From the NCBI GenBank assembly GCA_973895155.1, contig OZ316892.1:28710832-28774831 (forward strand): 64,000 bases of DNA, given 5' to 3'. The stretch is from Marsupella aquatica (taxonomy: Eukaryota > Plantae > Marchantiophyta). The translations under genes and the position numbers were made by a program. Shown here piece after piece: positions 23,850 through 35,442 of this stretch. How positions within the stretch are numbered: position 1 is the first letter of the stretch; the number at the start of each line of letters is the position of its first letter. The notes under the pieces are model-generated. The model searched no databases. It was not told the origin of the DNA and worked only from the letters and a program-made list of their open reading frames with translations.

Positions 23850-25093
23850 ATTATGTTGGTGTACCAAACCAAAATTGGTGAATCTGTTTAAAGCTCAGTA
23901 CCACACAAAACAAATTGTTCACATAGGTCAGAGCAAGTTGTTTCCTCCCAAATATCTCAAGGTTCTGACTGCATAACCCTTTGCTTTGAAAAAAACCAAT
24001 CTCAGCACCATTTTTGCACCAAGTGGCTCCCACTAAAATCTCATCATATAAAGCCACTACAGCATATGGTTGAAATTCACCAGAGTCACTAACAAGAAAC
24101 TAATTTGAGTGCAGATATGTCCATGAGTCGTTATGAGAGTTATGGACATAAATCTCATGGTGCGTAGTCATATAGAATTTCCCATCCAACATAAATATTG
24201 TTCCCAAATTCTGCTTCCCAAAAGGATATACCATTCTCCTTCGCCCCTGATTGGATGACAACACTCATGAAACAAAGCTTAGTCTGGATCCTTTGGTGTT
24301 CCAATGACACTTTCATAATTCGGATCAACCCCACTATACAAAAGAATCTCCTCTCCTAACACACCAACTTCAAAAAATCCCCAAAAGTCCTGGCGCTTTG
24401 TCCTGGGCATTACTGGAGACCAAGAATTCTCTTTGGGATCATACACCTCAGATTGAGAGATTGTACGAGACAACCCAAAACCCTCAAATGCATAAATTTT
24501 CCCTCCATGACACCGCACGTGCGCTAAATCTAACCTGGCTTGTAGCATACTAGCACATTTTTTCCATTTCCTCTTCCCCACAAGATCAATTGCATATACT
24601 TCCTTCTGGTAAGTCCCTCCCAAGACACAGATTTTACCCTCCAATGAAACGAATTGGCCGTGCAAAGGGACTCCTCTCTCAAGTTGTGGGATGGGAGGAA
24701 GTTCATAACAATGATCATTGCACGTGGAATAGAGAGCCATTCTCAATTTTTCAGCAAAAAAAACCTAAAGCCACATTTTTCAGCAAAGTAGTCATGGGTG
24801 TGACTATGAGGCCCGCTATGAGCAACAAGGGTCTCTGTTGTCTTGAAGCAAATTCTCGCATTAAAGACACGACGACTCTGAATTGCATGTCTCCAAGCAC
24901 GACTGAATGTTGACAGGATGCATAGGGCGCTCCATCGCAACTTTTTACTGATGTGGTCCGCAGTAATCTTGTTAGGGATGTCGGGGAGAAGCTGGTCATC
25001 CTGTTCTTCTGATGTTGGAAGTCTCTCACTGCTCTCTCAACCTTCAGCCATTACATTTGGTCCTCCGAAGGATTCCACCTTGTTGTTGCTCAT
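23850..25093 (-). pseudogene. F-box/kelch-repeat gene with in-frame stops and a frameshift
   Basis: F-box-like LLPDIPNKITADHI...SRAWRHAI. Kelch motifs GKICVLGG, WKKCASM, GKIYAFEG, SEVYDPKENSW. TGA near the 5' end, a frame change near the A-run at ~24756, and a stop at 24279. Confidence 0.8.
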
Positions 25094-25611
25094 TTCACTG
25101 TATGCCAATGATAAAGGATGGTAGAGATTCGGAATATCTGTGTTAGAAAATCACCTAAATTTGAAAGTAAATTGCTTTAATTGTTACAAGCAGTGAACCC
25201 CATTCACAATAGGGTACTGCATTAAACTGAGGACACATGCAATAGGGAAACCGAAACCCTTTCGTGATTTTCCAACGAACTGCTGTCTCTCTTCCACTCA
25301 GATGCTATTGATGTTGCCGCTCTGACTGCCCTCTCAACCCACTTGATGAGATTGTCCGGTTGTTCTCTCCCATTCGCCAACAGTTCCTTTGAGGTCCGGA
25401 TGTACAGTGAGAACTACTCCATATCCAGATTCAATCAGCTCAAGCTGAGGAAATACTCTAAATGGGAAATCTGTGAAGTTCCTACTACACATTTTCCATA
25501 GATTGCCTCTCTCAAACTTGTCAAACGCAGGCGGCAAACGAAGAGATGGGAAAAGAAGAAGAAAAAAGCAGTCGAAGCGAAACTCAATTGACACTACAAT
25601 TGACTCATCCC

Positions 25612-25912
25612 AACAAGAATCAAACTGGGCTTCTAGGGATCTATCCACTTCCTGTACTCATAAGGAGAGTATTGTAACAAGAATCAAACAGGGCTTCTAA
25701 GAATCTATCCACTTCCTATTCTCATAAGAAGAGTAATGTAACAAGAATCAAACTGGGGTTGTAAGAATCTATCCACTTGCTGTACTCATAAGAAGAGTAG
25801 GGCTTCTAAGAATCTATCCACTTCCTTTATTCATAAGAAAAGTACTGTAACGAGAAGCAAACAGGGCTTCGAAGAATCTATCCATTTCCTGTACTCATAA
25901 GAAGAGTACTGT
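25612..25912. repeat. 64-bp tandem repeat, ~5 copies
   Basis: aacaagaatcaaac.gggcttctaagaatctatccacttcctgtactcataagaagagta units. Confidence 0.9.
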
Positions 25913-26038
25913 GACAGACAAGACCCCGCTTTAAATCTCCCAAGTTAATGCTCCCCAATGCTGTTGCCGGGTCTGGCCTGATAGACTTTTTGCCATGGCA
26001 TTGGGTTTATGTTGTGGCACACTTCACTTTTTGTTGCT

Positions 26039-26463
26039 TGCCCATGAAGTAATGGAAGCTGAAGAAATTGTACCACTGTCTTGCAATGTGAAGGGTGAAC
26101 TTAAGAGTGTTTACAAACCTATAAACAAATTTGAACCTAAAAGTTTCATTGTTGGATGAGACTTAAATTATTTTGTGAAAGAAGGCTGGGGTTTTAAGAC
26201 AAGTTGTTTTTACCAAGTTTTCTAACATTCTAAAAATATTCCATTTTTTCTTAATTCTGATGTGTTGACTTCGAGCCTTCAAAACGTTTGCACATGATAG
26301 AAGCCCCCATATAGTGAGACACTGTCCCAACAAGGATGGCAATTATTTCTCCTGCAATGAAATTTTGAAGTTCAAATTTGTTTATCAGTTTGTAAACACT
26401 CTTAAGTTCACCCTTCACATTGCAAGTGGTACAATTTCTTAATCTTCCATTAATGCATGGGCA
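26039..26463. mobile_element. Foldback/MITE-like element with ~100-bp inverted repeats
   Basis: tgcccatg...ttgcaatgtgaagggtgaacttaagagtgtttacaaac...aaatttgaac is mirrored at 26370-26463. No clear TSD. Confidence 0.7.
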
Positions 26464-27627
26464 TACATTCGCAAAGGTCTATTGCCACCCATCATTTCTT
26501 TAGTTTGGAGTTTTGCATTTGCCCTATTCTTTTCAGTCTTGTGGATGTACTCTCTCAAAGGAATTTTCTGGTAGCCCAAGTGGCAACAGCTCATTCTTGT
26601 CAGTAAGGACTAGGACATTATGGAACCACCTTTCAGGAACCCCCACCCAAGCTCCACTTTTTGGTGAGCAGAAGTTCTGTTTTTTGGTGAGCAGAAGTTC
26701 TAGTTGATTAAAAACTGTGATGCTCCCATGGACCCAGCCTCTGAACTATGCAATCCCAGTGGACCATGACACCTTTGCCCTTGCTCTCCAAGTTACACTA
26801 CAGAAGGCCATCTAAAAGCGCCATGGGTTAGGATGGTACTCCCAGCTGACTCCCACTTAAGGGTTGCCAGGTCTTTATGCTCAAAGTTTGCATTTTCATG
26901 GACAAAGAAAAATTGCTTTAGAGTAAAATATTTGTTATACAGTTCAGACTAAGTAGAGGTTATGTATATAGCATCTCTTAATGCACATGGCCCAATCCAT
27001 GTCTAGCCAGGGCAAGGCCCACTGGTTGAATCGTTTCCATCTTGAATGGGTATAAGGTTAAATAACTCGTAACTACTTTCACAATAAAGATATTTCAATT
27101 AACAATACTGCCATTACTTTTAGTGTATTTTCAAACCTGCCATGGTTTTAATTGCATATGGACAACATGTTCACTAAGGTAACCATATACAAAAAACGCT
27201 CACAAATTTGTACATACCAAAAAAATGACATTATTGTCAATTGGAATATCTTTAATGGCAATGTAGTCAAAAGCTGTAAAGTTAAATATAATAGGTGAAA
27301 GTGGTTTTATTTTTTTGGTCTTGAACAGAAATGGGGAGGAAATACAATTAGACGCCCCCCATCCCAATGTGACAGTTTTTTTGTAGGGAACCCAGACCAG
27401 GGTGAGCCCCAACGGATCCAACAGGGACCCGCACCAGGAAGGATGAGTGTGTTTCTCATGGCCACATGTGTCTAGTAAAGTACCAAATTAAGCCTGAGGG
27501 CAGGCTCTTGGGCGAGGGGAGGCTTTTGAGTGCTTGGAGCCCAGCCCAGATATTTCTTATTTAAAATATGTTGGTAGCTGAGATCAAGTGGAAGGGCATT
27601 CACAGATCTCTCTAGGGTTTTCAGACA

Positions 27628-29485
27628 TCCTAAACTATAATACACAGTTGCGCCACTTTTTAGAGTGGTCGTCCTTCAAATTTGCAGGGCACAAAAATAA
27701 AAAAATGTGGTCCAAAGGTAAATAATAAAGCCAAAGTGTGAATTGAGTTTAGTGTGACACAAAAAGTTGCAAAATTGTCCACGACAAGCCAAATAATCAT
27801 AGGAGACACCCCCAAAAAAGTGAAAAACTTTAATTAACACAATGCATGAGAATCAATGCACAAGGATTAAGGAGGATACTCCCTCCATGATCCATAAGTA
27901 TTGTACATACTCACATCCAAGTAAGTATTCTACATATTCAATATTGTGCGCAAGATAGTTTTGTATAATAGTGATAAGAGGAGTTTAATTGTTAATAATA
28001 TTTTAGTCACTTGATCAATAAAAAATTGTTCTCCAATATTTGTGGTGATTTTTAGAGCCATTTGCAATGTCATTTTCAATGCCAAAAAACAAAAGTAATA
28101 AGGCCCAAAGACATAGTGAAAAGCATGGCATGGGCGTTGATGGCAAGGTGTCGGGCGAGGGCACACTGGCAATGTAAGGCAGCCCCTCGAAGGGCTCCAG
28201 TTGCGCATGGGTGGGGAGGGGGGGGGGGCGAGTGGAGTGATGATGAAATGGGGAAAAGGGGAAGGTTAAGGTTTAAAAGGAACATAAGAGAAAAAAGGTT
28301 AAAAGGGGGGGGACACCTCTCATTTTGTTATACTTTGTGGTTGTCATAGCCAATGTTTTGTGCAATGACGTCGTTTATTCAAAGAATTTTTTTGTGCAAG
28401 GAGAAAAAAGAAAAAAGAAAAATGGAACTTTTGTGGCTGCCATAGCCAATATTTTGCACAATGATATCTTTCACTCAACAAAAGATTTTGTGCACTAATA
28501 CATTTTAACAATTTTTTTTTAACGATATCTTTTCCACGACCTATTTCTCAACAACATCTTTTATGCAACGCACAAGGATTGAAAGGATAGCAATAGAATG
28601 GTCATCTTTGTTAAACCCTAAAACCCTAAACCTGAAACCGATAATACAATGGTGCGCCAATGTATAGAGTGGTCGCCATTCAAATGCAAGGGCATTTTGG
28701 ATAAAAAAACAAAACAAAGAAAAAGACTAGCTCCTTCTCTCCTTGACTTTTTATTTCATAATATCTTTCACATAATGACAACTTGGGTGAAAAGACACAT
28801 TTTTTCTTATAACATCGTTTACTTCACAATATCTTTGGCAAAACGACATTGACACATCTTTCACATAATGGTATCTTTGGCAAAATGATTTTTTTTCTTA
28901 ACGCCATCTTTTAACTTCATGACATCTTTCACATAACAACATCTTGGGCGACACGACATCTTTTTTCTTAACGACATCTTTTGTGCAACACACGGGTATT
29001 TTCCCTCAACAATGTCTTGGCCGACACGACATCTTTTCCCTCAATGACGTCTTTGCCAACATGACATATTTACCCTCAATGACGTCTTTGCTGACACAAC
29101 ATCTTTTTTCTCAACAACATATTTTTTCTCAATGACATCTTGGCTAACATGACAGCTTTTTTCTCAACGACTTCTTGGCCAAGATGACATATTGTTTTTC
29201 AACGACCTCTTGGCCGACACGACATCTTTTTTCTCAACGACTTCTTTTCTCTCAACGACCTCTTGATGACATCTTGGCCGACGTGATATTGTGTTTCTCA
29301 ACGACTTCTTGGCCGAGATGACATGTTTTTTTTTCAACGACCTCTTGGCCGACACAACATCTTTTCTCTCAATGACCTCTTGGCCGACACGACATCTTTT
29401 CTCTCAATGACCTCTTGGCCAATACGACATCTTTTTTTCTCAAACGACATGACTTCTTTTGTGCAACGCACGGGTATTGAGCTAG
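27628..29485 (+). mobile_element. Non-autonomous Helitron-like element with internal short-repeat array (5' end uncertain)
   Basis: Canonical-looking 3' end gtgcaacgcacgggtattgagCTAG|T, with degenerate internal copies of that end at ~28563 and ~28983. acgacatcttttt repeats at 28760-29460. Candidate 5' end A|TCCTAAACTATAAT. Confidence 0.6.
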
Positions 29486-30094
29486 TCTATCCTGAATATT
29501 ATGCTAATAACCTCACTGGAAAATACAGAAGCATTTTCTCTTTTCATACAAACTCCACCTCAAGTGGCTTGAGCCTTGCTGTCCTCCTCCTTCCCTTCGT
29601 TTCCCTGCTCCCTTAGCTTTGACCTTTCACAGGGTTTGTTGCTGGATTTCCAAGATTATAATCTATGATGATGCCTATTTCAGTTTTGGTGCGGAGGAAA
29701 ATAATCCGGTGCATAGTCAAAACCTTCCCACCAGTGCACGCCAAACCACCCTACCATTTTAAGGTTTAGTGGAGTGAAAAGGTGTGCAGTCGCCTAGGCC
29801 GAGACCTACCTCAAGAGCAAACTTTACTAACTGGTCCACTCGTTTAAAAGCAACGTGCAAATTTGCGCCTGATGATCTGCAGCAAGGGGTTTATGGTGGT
29901 CAGTGCAAGGGCCTTACCTGGCCCGCTTGTTGAGTGTAGGAGTGTGGGGATGGTATAGGAACAAGGGGGAGTGTGGCTGGCCAGTTTGCAATACAGGGGA
30001 GCGATGGTAGGCCATGTTGGAAGACCCTGTTTGGCTACAGTTCTCTAAGCCCCACATCTTACTAGTAATTCACCATGGAAAAAAATATACACAC

Positions 30095-32690
30095 TTTTTA
30101 TATACAAAGGGACCAAACAGAGTACAAATGAACAAACAAAAGAGGGCCCAAGTGGACAAAACCAATCGAAAAAGAAGTGAGCAAAAGGGAACCACTAAAC
30201 ACCAAGAAAGAGGAACTAAAAGTAAGAAATGAACAATAGGGAACCCCTAAAAACCAAGAAAGAGAGAGAGACTAAAACTAACCCAAGCGGACCGAGGTCC
30301 TCATCATTCCTACCGATTGTGGCAAAAAGCTAATGGTCCACATCAAGAGTCAAAACTAGATCGGCAAGTGGGATTGGAACATCCTCAAGGGGAGCTAGCC
30401 GCTGCGGAGGCACACTAGCACCCACTGTAAGAGATCGACGATAGATGGCCCGAGCTTGAGCACGCTGTAAGGTGACTGAAATGCGTTGGCGAAAGTGCGT
30501 GGTCAAAATAGAAAGCGGGGGTCCGGTGGGACCCATTCGGCCATGAACATCCCGGGCAGCTTGCCGAAGAAGCCCATCAAACTGAGGATGAAGACGCCCA
30601 AATAGCTCCACAGCAAGGGGGAGGAAGCTGTCGGATGAAGCTCGTGCAGCATATTTGGCCTCCTTCGTTGTTGCCGCACGTGACGCTGCTGCCCCTGCCG
30701 TAGTTGCCGCTGTCCCAATGATGTCTTGGCGCAATGGGTTTGCCACCACAACATCTGCCAAAGTACGTTGACCCTCACGGACCATGGTAAGATCCACCCG
30801 TAACCGCTGTGATGGAGGACCAGGTAACTCGAGTACCACCTCCGGCCGCACGCATACCAAAGAGCCAGAGAGAACCTGAGCAGTCACATCTCGCACAACG
30901 TCGTGAACAATAATGGTTTCACCTCCCAAACTGCACCGAAGAAGATGGACACCTGTGGCATCACAAGGCTTCCCACAAGTGCAAGAAGGAGGTAAACCTG
31001 CAAGAAGTGGGTGGGGCAGCCCCAGACGAAGACACATGGCTGTGGAGAACTCCGTTGAAGACATCCGCAAATGAGGAATGACTGGATTGGCCTGAAGCCA
31101 TCCACCTGCGCCCTTCCCTCCGGAAGAAAGAATCCGAGCTCGGTCCGTGTCAGGTGCCTCGGAGAGGATGCTGGAAAGGGTGAAAGTGTGCATACGCCCA
31201 GCGAGGTCTGCCTGAAGACGAACGGGATCCAAGGATAAAAACTCCTGGAAAGAAGGTAACGCGGCGCGAACGGGATCTGGTAATGAGGACCGCGCTGCGC
31301 GCAAATGAACCTGAAACGGGAGGGAACCCTCCTCTACCTCCATGAGAGATGAAAGTAAAAAAGAGCGATCCTCAATAAGAAAACGATCGGCCAACAACGA
31401 GAAGGCGGCCGCCCATGCACCCAAAAAGGCCAAAGGTGCAAGGCTCTCAATGGAAGTAAGCCCAAAACCACCCTGCGAAATAGGAAGACTGAGTTGTCGA
31501 TGAAGCCACGGAGATGAGAGCAACGTACCCGGACCTAAAAGAGAGGCCAGGGTCTGACGAATGGAGACATCAAATGCTCGAAGGTGGAGACAAAGATCCT
31601 CGGTAGGGGGATGCGTCCTAGCCAGATAAGACGCACGAGGGTGGATGCACCTCAACAACATCCCAAATGCTGCCTGAGAATCTGCTAACTTAGGGAGCAT
31701 AGGAGTATGGGCTAAGGCAGCCTGTATAGAGTCAGCGATGAAAGATGAGCAAAAGGAGGCGGTACCGACTGGGGAGCCAAGGACCCGAAGACCATCGGCT
31801 GGACGTAAGAACCCTGGGGGAAGCACAAGATCAGAGGGTAACCCAGCTGGACTCCATGCACGACTCTTCACAGGCTGAACTCGTAAACCGAGGCCCATCA
31901 AATGGGTGGAAAGAGTGGCGAGGGCAGAAGTAACCGCGGCAGCAGGACCAATGATGTGGGTGTCATCTGAAAGGGAGGGGAAGATACACTGGGGGTGGGC
32001 CATGGCAGCTTCCCGTAAAGCTGTAAAATGGGCAATGGCAAAAAGAGGCCCACCCAAAGGGTCACCCTGACGTGTACCTTCTGCAGAGGAAATAGTGGTA
32101 TACACACCTGTAGAGGAGTGATGACTATAGAAGAGTGGGGCCTCGAGTCCATAAAAACAACGGACAAAGGGGATCAGGGACTGGATGTCTGGATCCGCCG
32201 CCCTCAAAGCACGAAAAATGGCTGCCCGAGAAACCGTATTAAAAGCGTTAGAGACATCAACCTGGAGGACAACCCAATCAGGGTGGAGGTCCAATGTAGC
32301 TCGAATACCCGCAATAACCGTCTCACAACCGCCAGGAACGCCAACTGCAAACTGATGTGGAGAGAGATGATCCGATAGTGCAGAGCGAAACTGTGAGGAA
32401 AGTGTGCGAGACACAAGACGAAGAAAAACCTCCCCAATAGCAATTGGCCAAACACCCGGTGAAGACTTAGCCATGGCCAATAAACGAGAAGCACTCAAGA
32501 GCCGAGAGACGGGAGGAGGCAAACGACCGGCTGCAATACACTGGCAAAAGGAGAAGAAAACTGGAAAACCAAACTGAGGATCCTCAGGGGGGAATAAATC
32601 ACGAAAATGCTCAAAGACATAGCCGGAGGGGCCACCAGCAGAACAACGCGGGGCATGGAGGAAGGCATAGGTGAAGTGGTCCCTACTAAA
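30095..32690 (-). mobile_element. CRE-like non-LTR retrotransposon, 5'-truncated, RT + zinc knuckle + RLE in one open frame (30330-32759)
   Basis: SAGGPSG, WPIAIGE, HQFAVG, DVSNAFN, GTRQGDPLGG, LSDD, VLGSPVG, GGFGL, CTCG...HLLRC, RVDL, DVVV, PLAVELFG. GT-rich 3' UTR with tatataaaaa tail. Confidence 0.9.
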
Positions 32691-32751
32691 CCATGGAAAC
32701 CTACTTTTATGGCCTAGGTCTACAGTGACGCCTCTAGGCCTAAACTCTGCG

Positions 32752-32898
32752 GGCCTCACTTAATTTGGGGGTGCAGGGAATGGGGACAATTATAATACTA
32801 AGGAATCTTTTTCTTGCCAAGTTTATTTTGTTCTGCAGGCCTCACTTAATTTTGGGAGTGCAGGGAATAGTGACAATTATAATACTAAGGAATCTTTC
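32752..32898. repeat. ~85-bp tandem duplication
   Basis: ggcctcacttaattt.ggg.gtgcagggaat.g.gacaattataatactaaggaatcttt occurs twice. Confidence 0.8.
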
Positions 32899-33400
32899 GC
32901 TTGCCAGGTTTTTTTGTACTCAACCCTATATTTACGCTCAAAAGAACCTGTAGGGCTTGTAGACTCTTCCTGCCACTCTGTTTGGCAGACCTGTGGGAGC
33001 TCTCTTATGATTCGAAATCTAAAGGAAAGCTAAAAGAAAGTGTTATCATTCAAAATCTAAAAGGAAAAGCGAAACGGACGTGTGTTGTCAGACTGGGTTT
33101 TTTTTCCCTTAGACTGCTTATTATAACCATTATAACCAACCCCCTAAACTTTGTGTTCCTCAGACTAATCTTATCAACTCATTAGCTAATACAAGCTTTC
33201 AAGGGCTAGGGTCTAGAGTGAAGTCTCTAGAAAACTCCATATAAAGACAAAGCTGGGCTTGAAAATAAACACCAAATTGGGATCTCAACAAAACATGGGG
33301 ATAGGGCAAATATCAAGGGGAATTTTCTAATTTTTTTGCAAGATATATACCATAGACTTCTTCGTTTTTCCAATAATATTTTTTGGAATTATCGCTATTA

Positions 33401-33853
33401 GGGCGTCTCAAAACTCGGTCATTCGGATTTGTGATATATCCCATAACTCAAGTTATGGGATCCAGTTATAGAATTTAAAAAATTGGGGGGGGGGGGGGGA
33501 GATAACATTGACCTGTCCCATAAGGCAAGAGTTACGGCCTCACCTGTCTCATAGCATATATCACTTGTTCCTCAATTTTTGATCAGCAGCCGCCTCAAAT
33601 GCAACAGCAATCACCACGTCAGGAGCAAATCCTACATGCTTTCAGTCGCAGCTTTCCGGAGTTCCGGAGTCTTAAATTTCCAGATTTTTGCCTAAAGTTG
33701 CGGGAAAGTTACGGGTTAAGTGTTGAGTCCACGGGCTTTCCTTGTGGTAGCTGAAGATAAACTCCTATAACGTGTAGGGGAGTGGAGTTCCCGTAATAAT
33801 TGAGTTATGGGAGTACCTTGTCTTCCTTGTCTTGTTAAGACCAAGTAACGCCC
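33401..33853. mobile_element. Probable MITE related to 10604-10972
   Basis: ta|gggcgtctca ... gtaacgccc|ta termini and internal gagttatggga repeats. Confidence 0.45.
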
Positions 33854-34488
33854 TATTTAATCAAGCTAGTGATCATAATTGAGTTATGGAAGTACCTTAT
33901 CTTGTTAAGGTCAATAATTGAGTTATGGGAGTACTTTATCTTGTTAAGGCCAAGCTAAGCACTATTTAATGAAGCTAGTGATAGCCAACCCCTTTGTGTA
34001 GATGCTCCACTGTAAGAGTGATTTTCGGTATAAAGCTTTGGGCGGACGTCTCGTTGTTACTGGTGCTTATTCGAGCGAAAACTTCAGCGTTTGACGCAGA
34101 CGAAGACTCAGTTGACGACTATGGCGTTCGATCATACAGAGCTGGTGGACCTCCTTGTGTAGAACAAGACGAAGAACGTGAGTTTGACGACGTTGTTGTG
34201 GACTGAGGACTCGAGGAGTGTCCTCACTTTCCTCGCCCGCCGGAGCAGAGAAGGCAGTTGACGCTGTAGGAGCTGTAGCGGCCCCCTTTGCGACCACGTT
34301 TTCAGCCCAAGTGCTCGAGAACTGCGCAGGAGGCTGAAGTGGGATGCAAAATTGTGAAACTATGGAACTGAGATGCGGCAGGGTGCTGCGGGGCCACTTC
34401 TGTTAGTGATGCGGAGCATGATAGTTTCTTTGGTTGGAAATTTAGAATCGGTCGCACCCATTCACGGAAGAGTTGAGAAATTGGCTCC

Positions 34489-35442
34489 ATGAAAGTGGTC
34501 GAAGTGAATTGGCGGCAGTTTCAAGAAGAGCACCGCGGCACTGCTCGGGCGTTAGGCAACATGAACCGCTCGTTCAACTCGTTCAAGAGGTCTCCAGCTC
34601 TCGTTTGCTCGGTCGGTGCGTTTGTAATCGTCTATGCGGTTTACGGACTGCTTCTCCTTCCGAATAATTCAAATCGTGGTGTCCGCAACGTCTCCAAGAC
34701 GAGGATTGCCGCCGTGCCCGCTCCAACTAGTAGTGTTCCCACCGTTACTGTGAGGTATACTCAGGAGGAGCTAGAGAGAGTGATGATGTCTCACGAGGCA
34801 CGTCGAGCTGTGGAGCCCCGGGATCTCGTGAATAGGCTTAGGGAAATCGGTTGGGGAATCATAAACAAAAATAATTCTGTGCCGGAAAAAGATGATTCCG
34901 TGCATGCCGAGCCGGATATTAATGGAGATCTTGGCGAGTCTCGGGATGGTGTGCAATCTAATGGGGGGATTCCTGAACAAGGGAAGTCGGGTCAGAAGGA
35001 GGAAAGGGCAAAACCAAAGATTCAGCTGGACGGAGGGAAACTAGTCCTCAAGGGACCGGAGATAGAGGATGGTATCATTCCAGGGAGGCCAATCCCACCT
35101 GAATGTAATGCGGAGCCGCACACAGACTACGATGGTGTAGCTGTGAGGTGGGGTTTGACATTTTCCCAAGAGAGTGCTGCGGATTGCTGTCAAGCATGTA
35201 TCGACCAGGCTAGAAGTGCACGGGAAGGAGAGTTGCGGTGCAATGTCTGGGTTTACTGCCCAGCTGAAGAGGGCTGCTATTCACCTGATATCTATGAGCA
35301 CAAGGAATCCGAATGTTGGCTCAAACAGAGTGAACAACCAAGAACCAATTTCAAAGGACGTTACTCCCCTGCCTATAGAGAGGAGCACCCAAAGTGTACA
35401 GAGGTGGTAGCCTGGGCTTCAGGTGTGATCTATCTAGTTTAA
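34489..35442 (+). CDS. Conserved plant type-II membrane protein with C-terminal PAN/Apple-like cysteine-rich domain
   Basis: N-terminal TM segment (ALVCSVGAFVIVYAVYGLLLL) and CNAEPHTDYDGVAVRWG...DCCQAC...CNVWVYC...ECWLKQ...WASGV. Intronless, 317 aa. Confidence 0.85.
   Translation: MKVVEVNWRQFQEEHRGTARALGNMNRSFNSFKRSPALVCSVGAFVIVYAVYGLLLLPNNSNRGVRNVSKTRIAAVPAPTSSVPTVTVRYTQEELERVMMSHEARRAVEPRDLVNRLREIGWGIINKNNSVPEKDDSVHAEPDINGDLGESRDGVQSNGGIPEQGKSGQKEERAKPKIQLDGGKLVLKGPEIEDGIIPGRPIPPECNAEPHTDYDGVAVRWGLTFSQESAADCCQACIDQARSAREGELRCNVWVYCPAEEGCYSPDIYEHKESECWLKQSEQPRTNFKGRYSPAYREEHPKCTEVVAWASGVIYLV

Noticed and set aside
28612-28640. aaaccct telomere-like repeats
   Set aside because: Only 2-3 imperfect units; telo-box-like motifs are common in plant DNA.
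33994-34490. Short acidic or Ala-rich ORFs upstream of the PAN-like gene
   Set aside because: No splice continuation or motif; likely 5' UTR or promoter.
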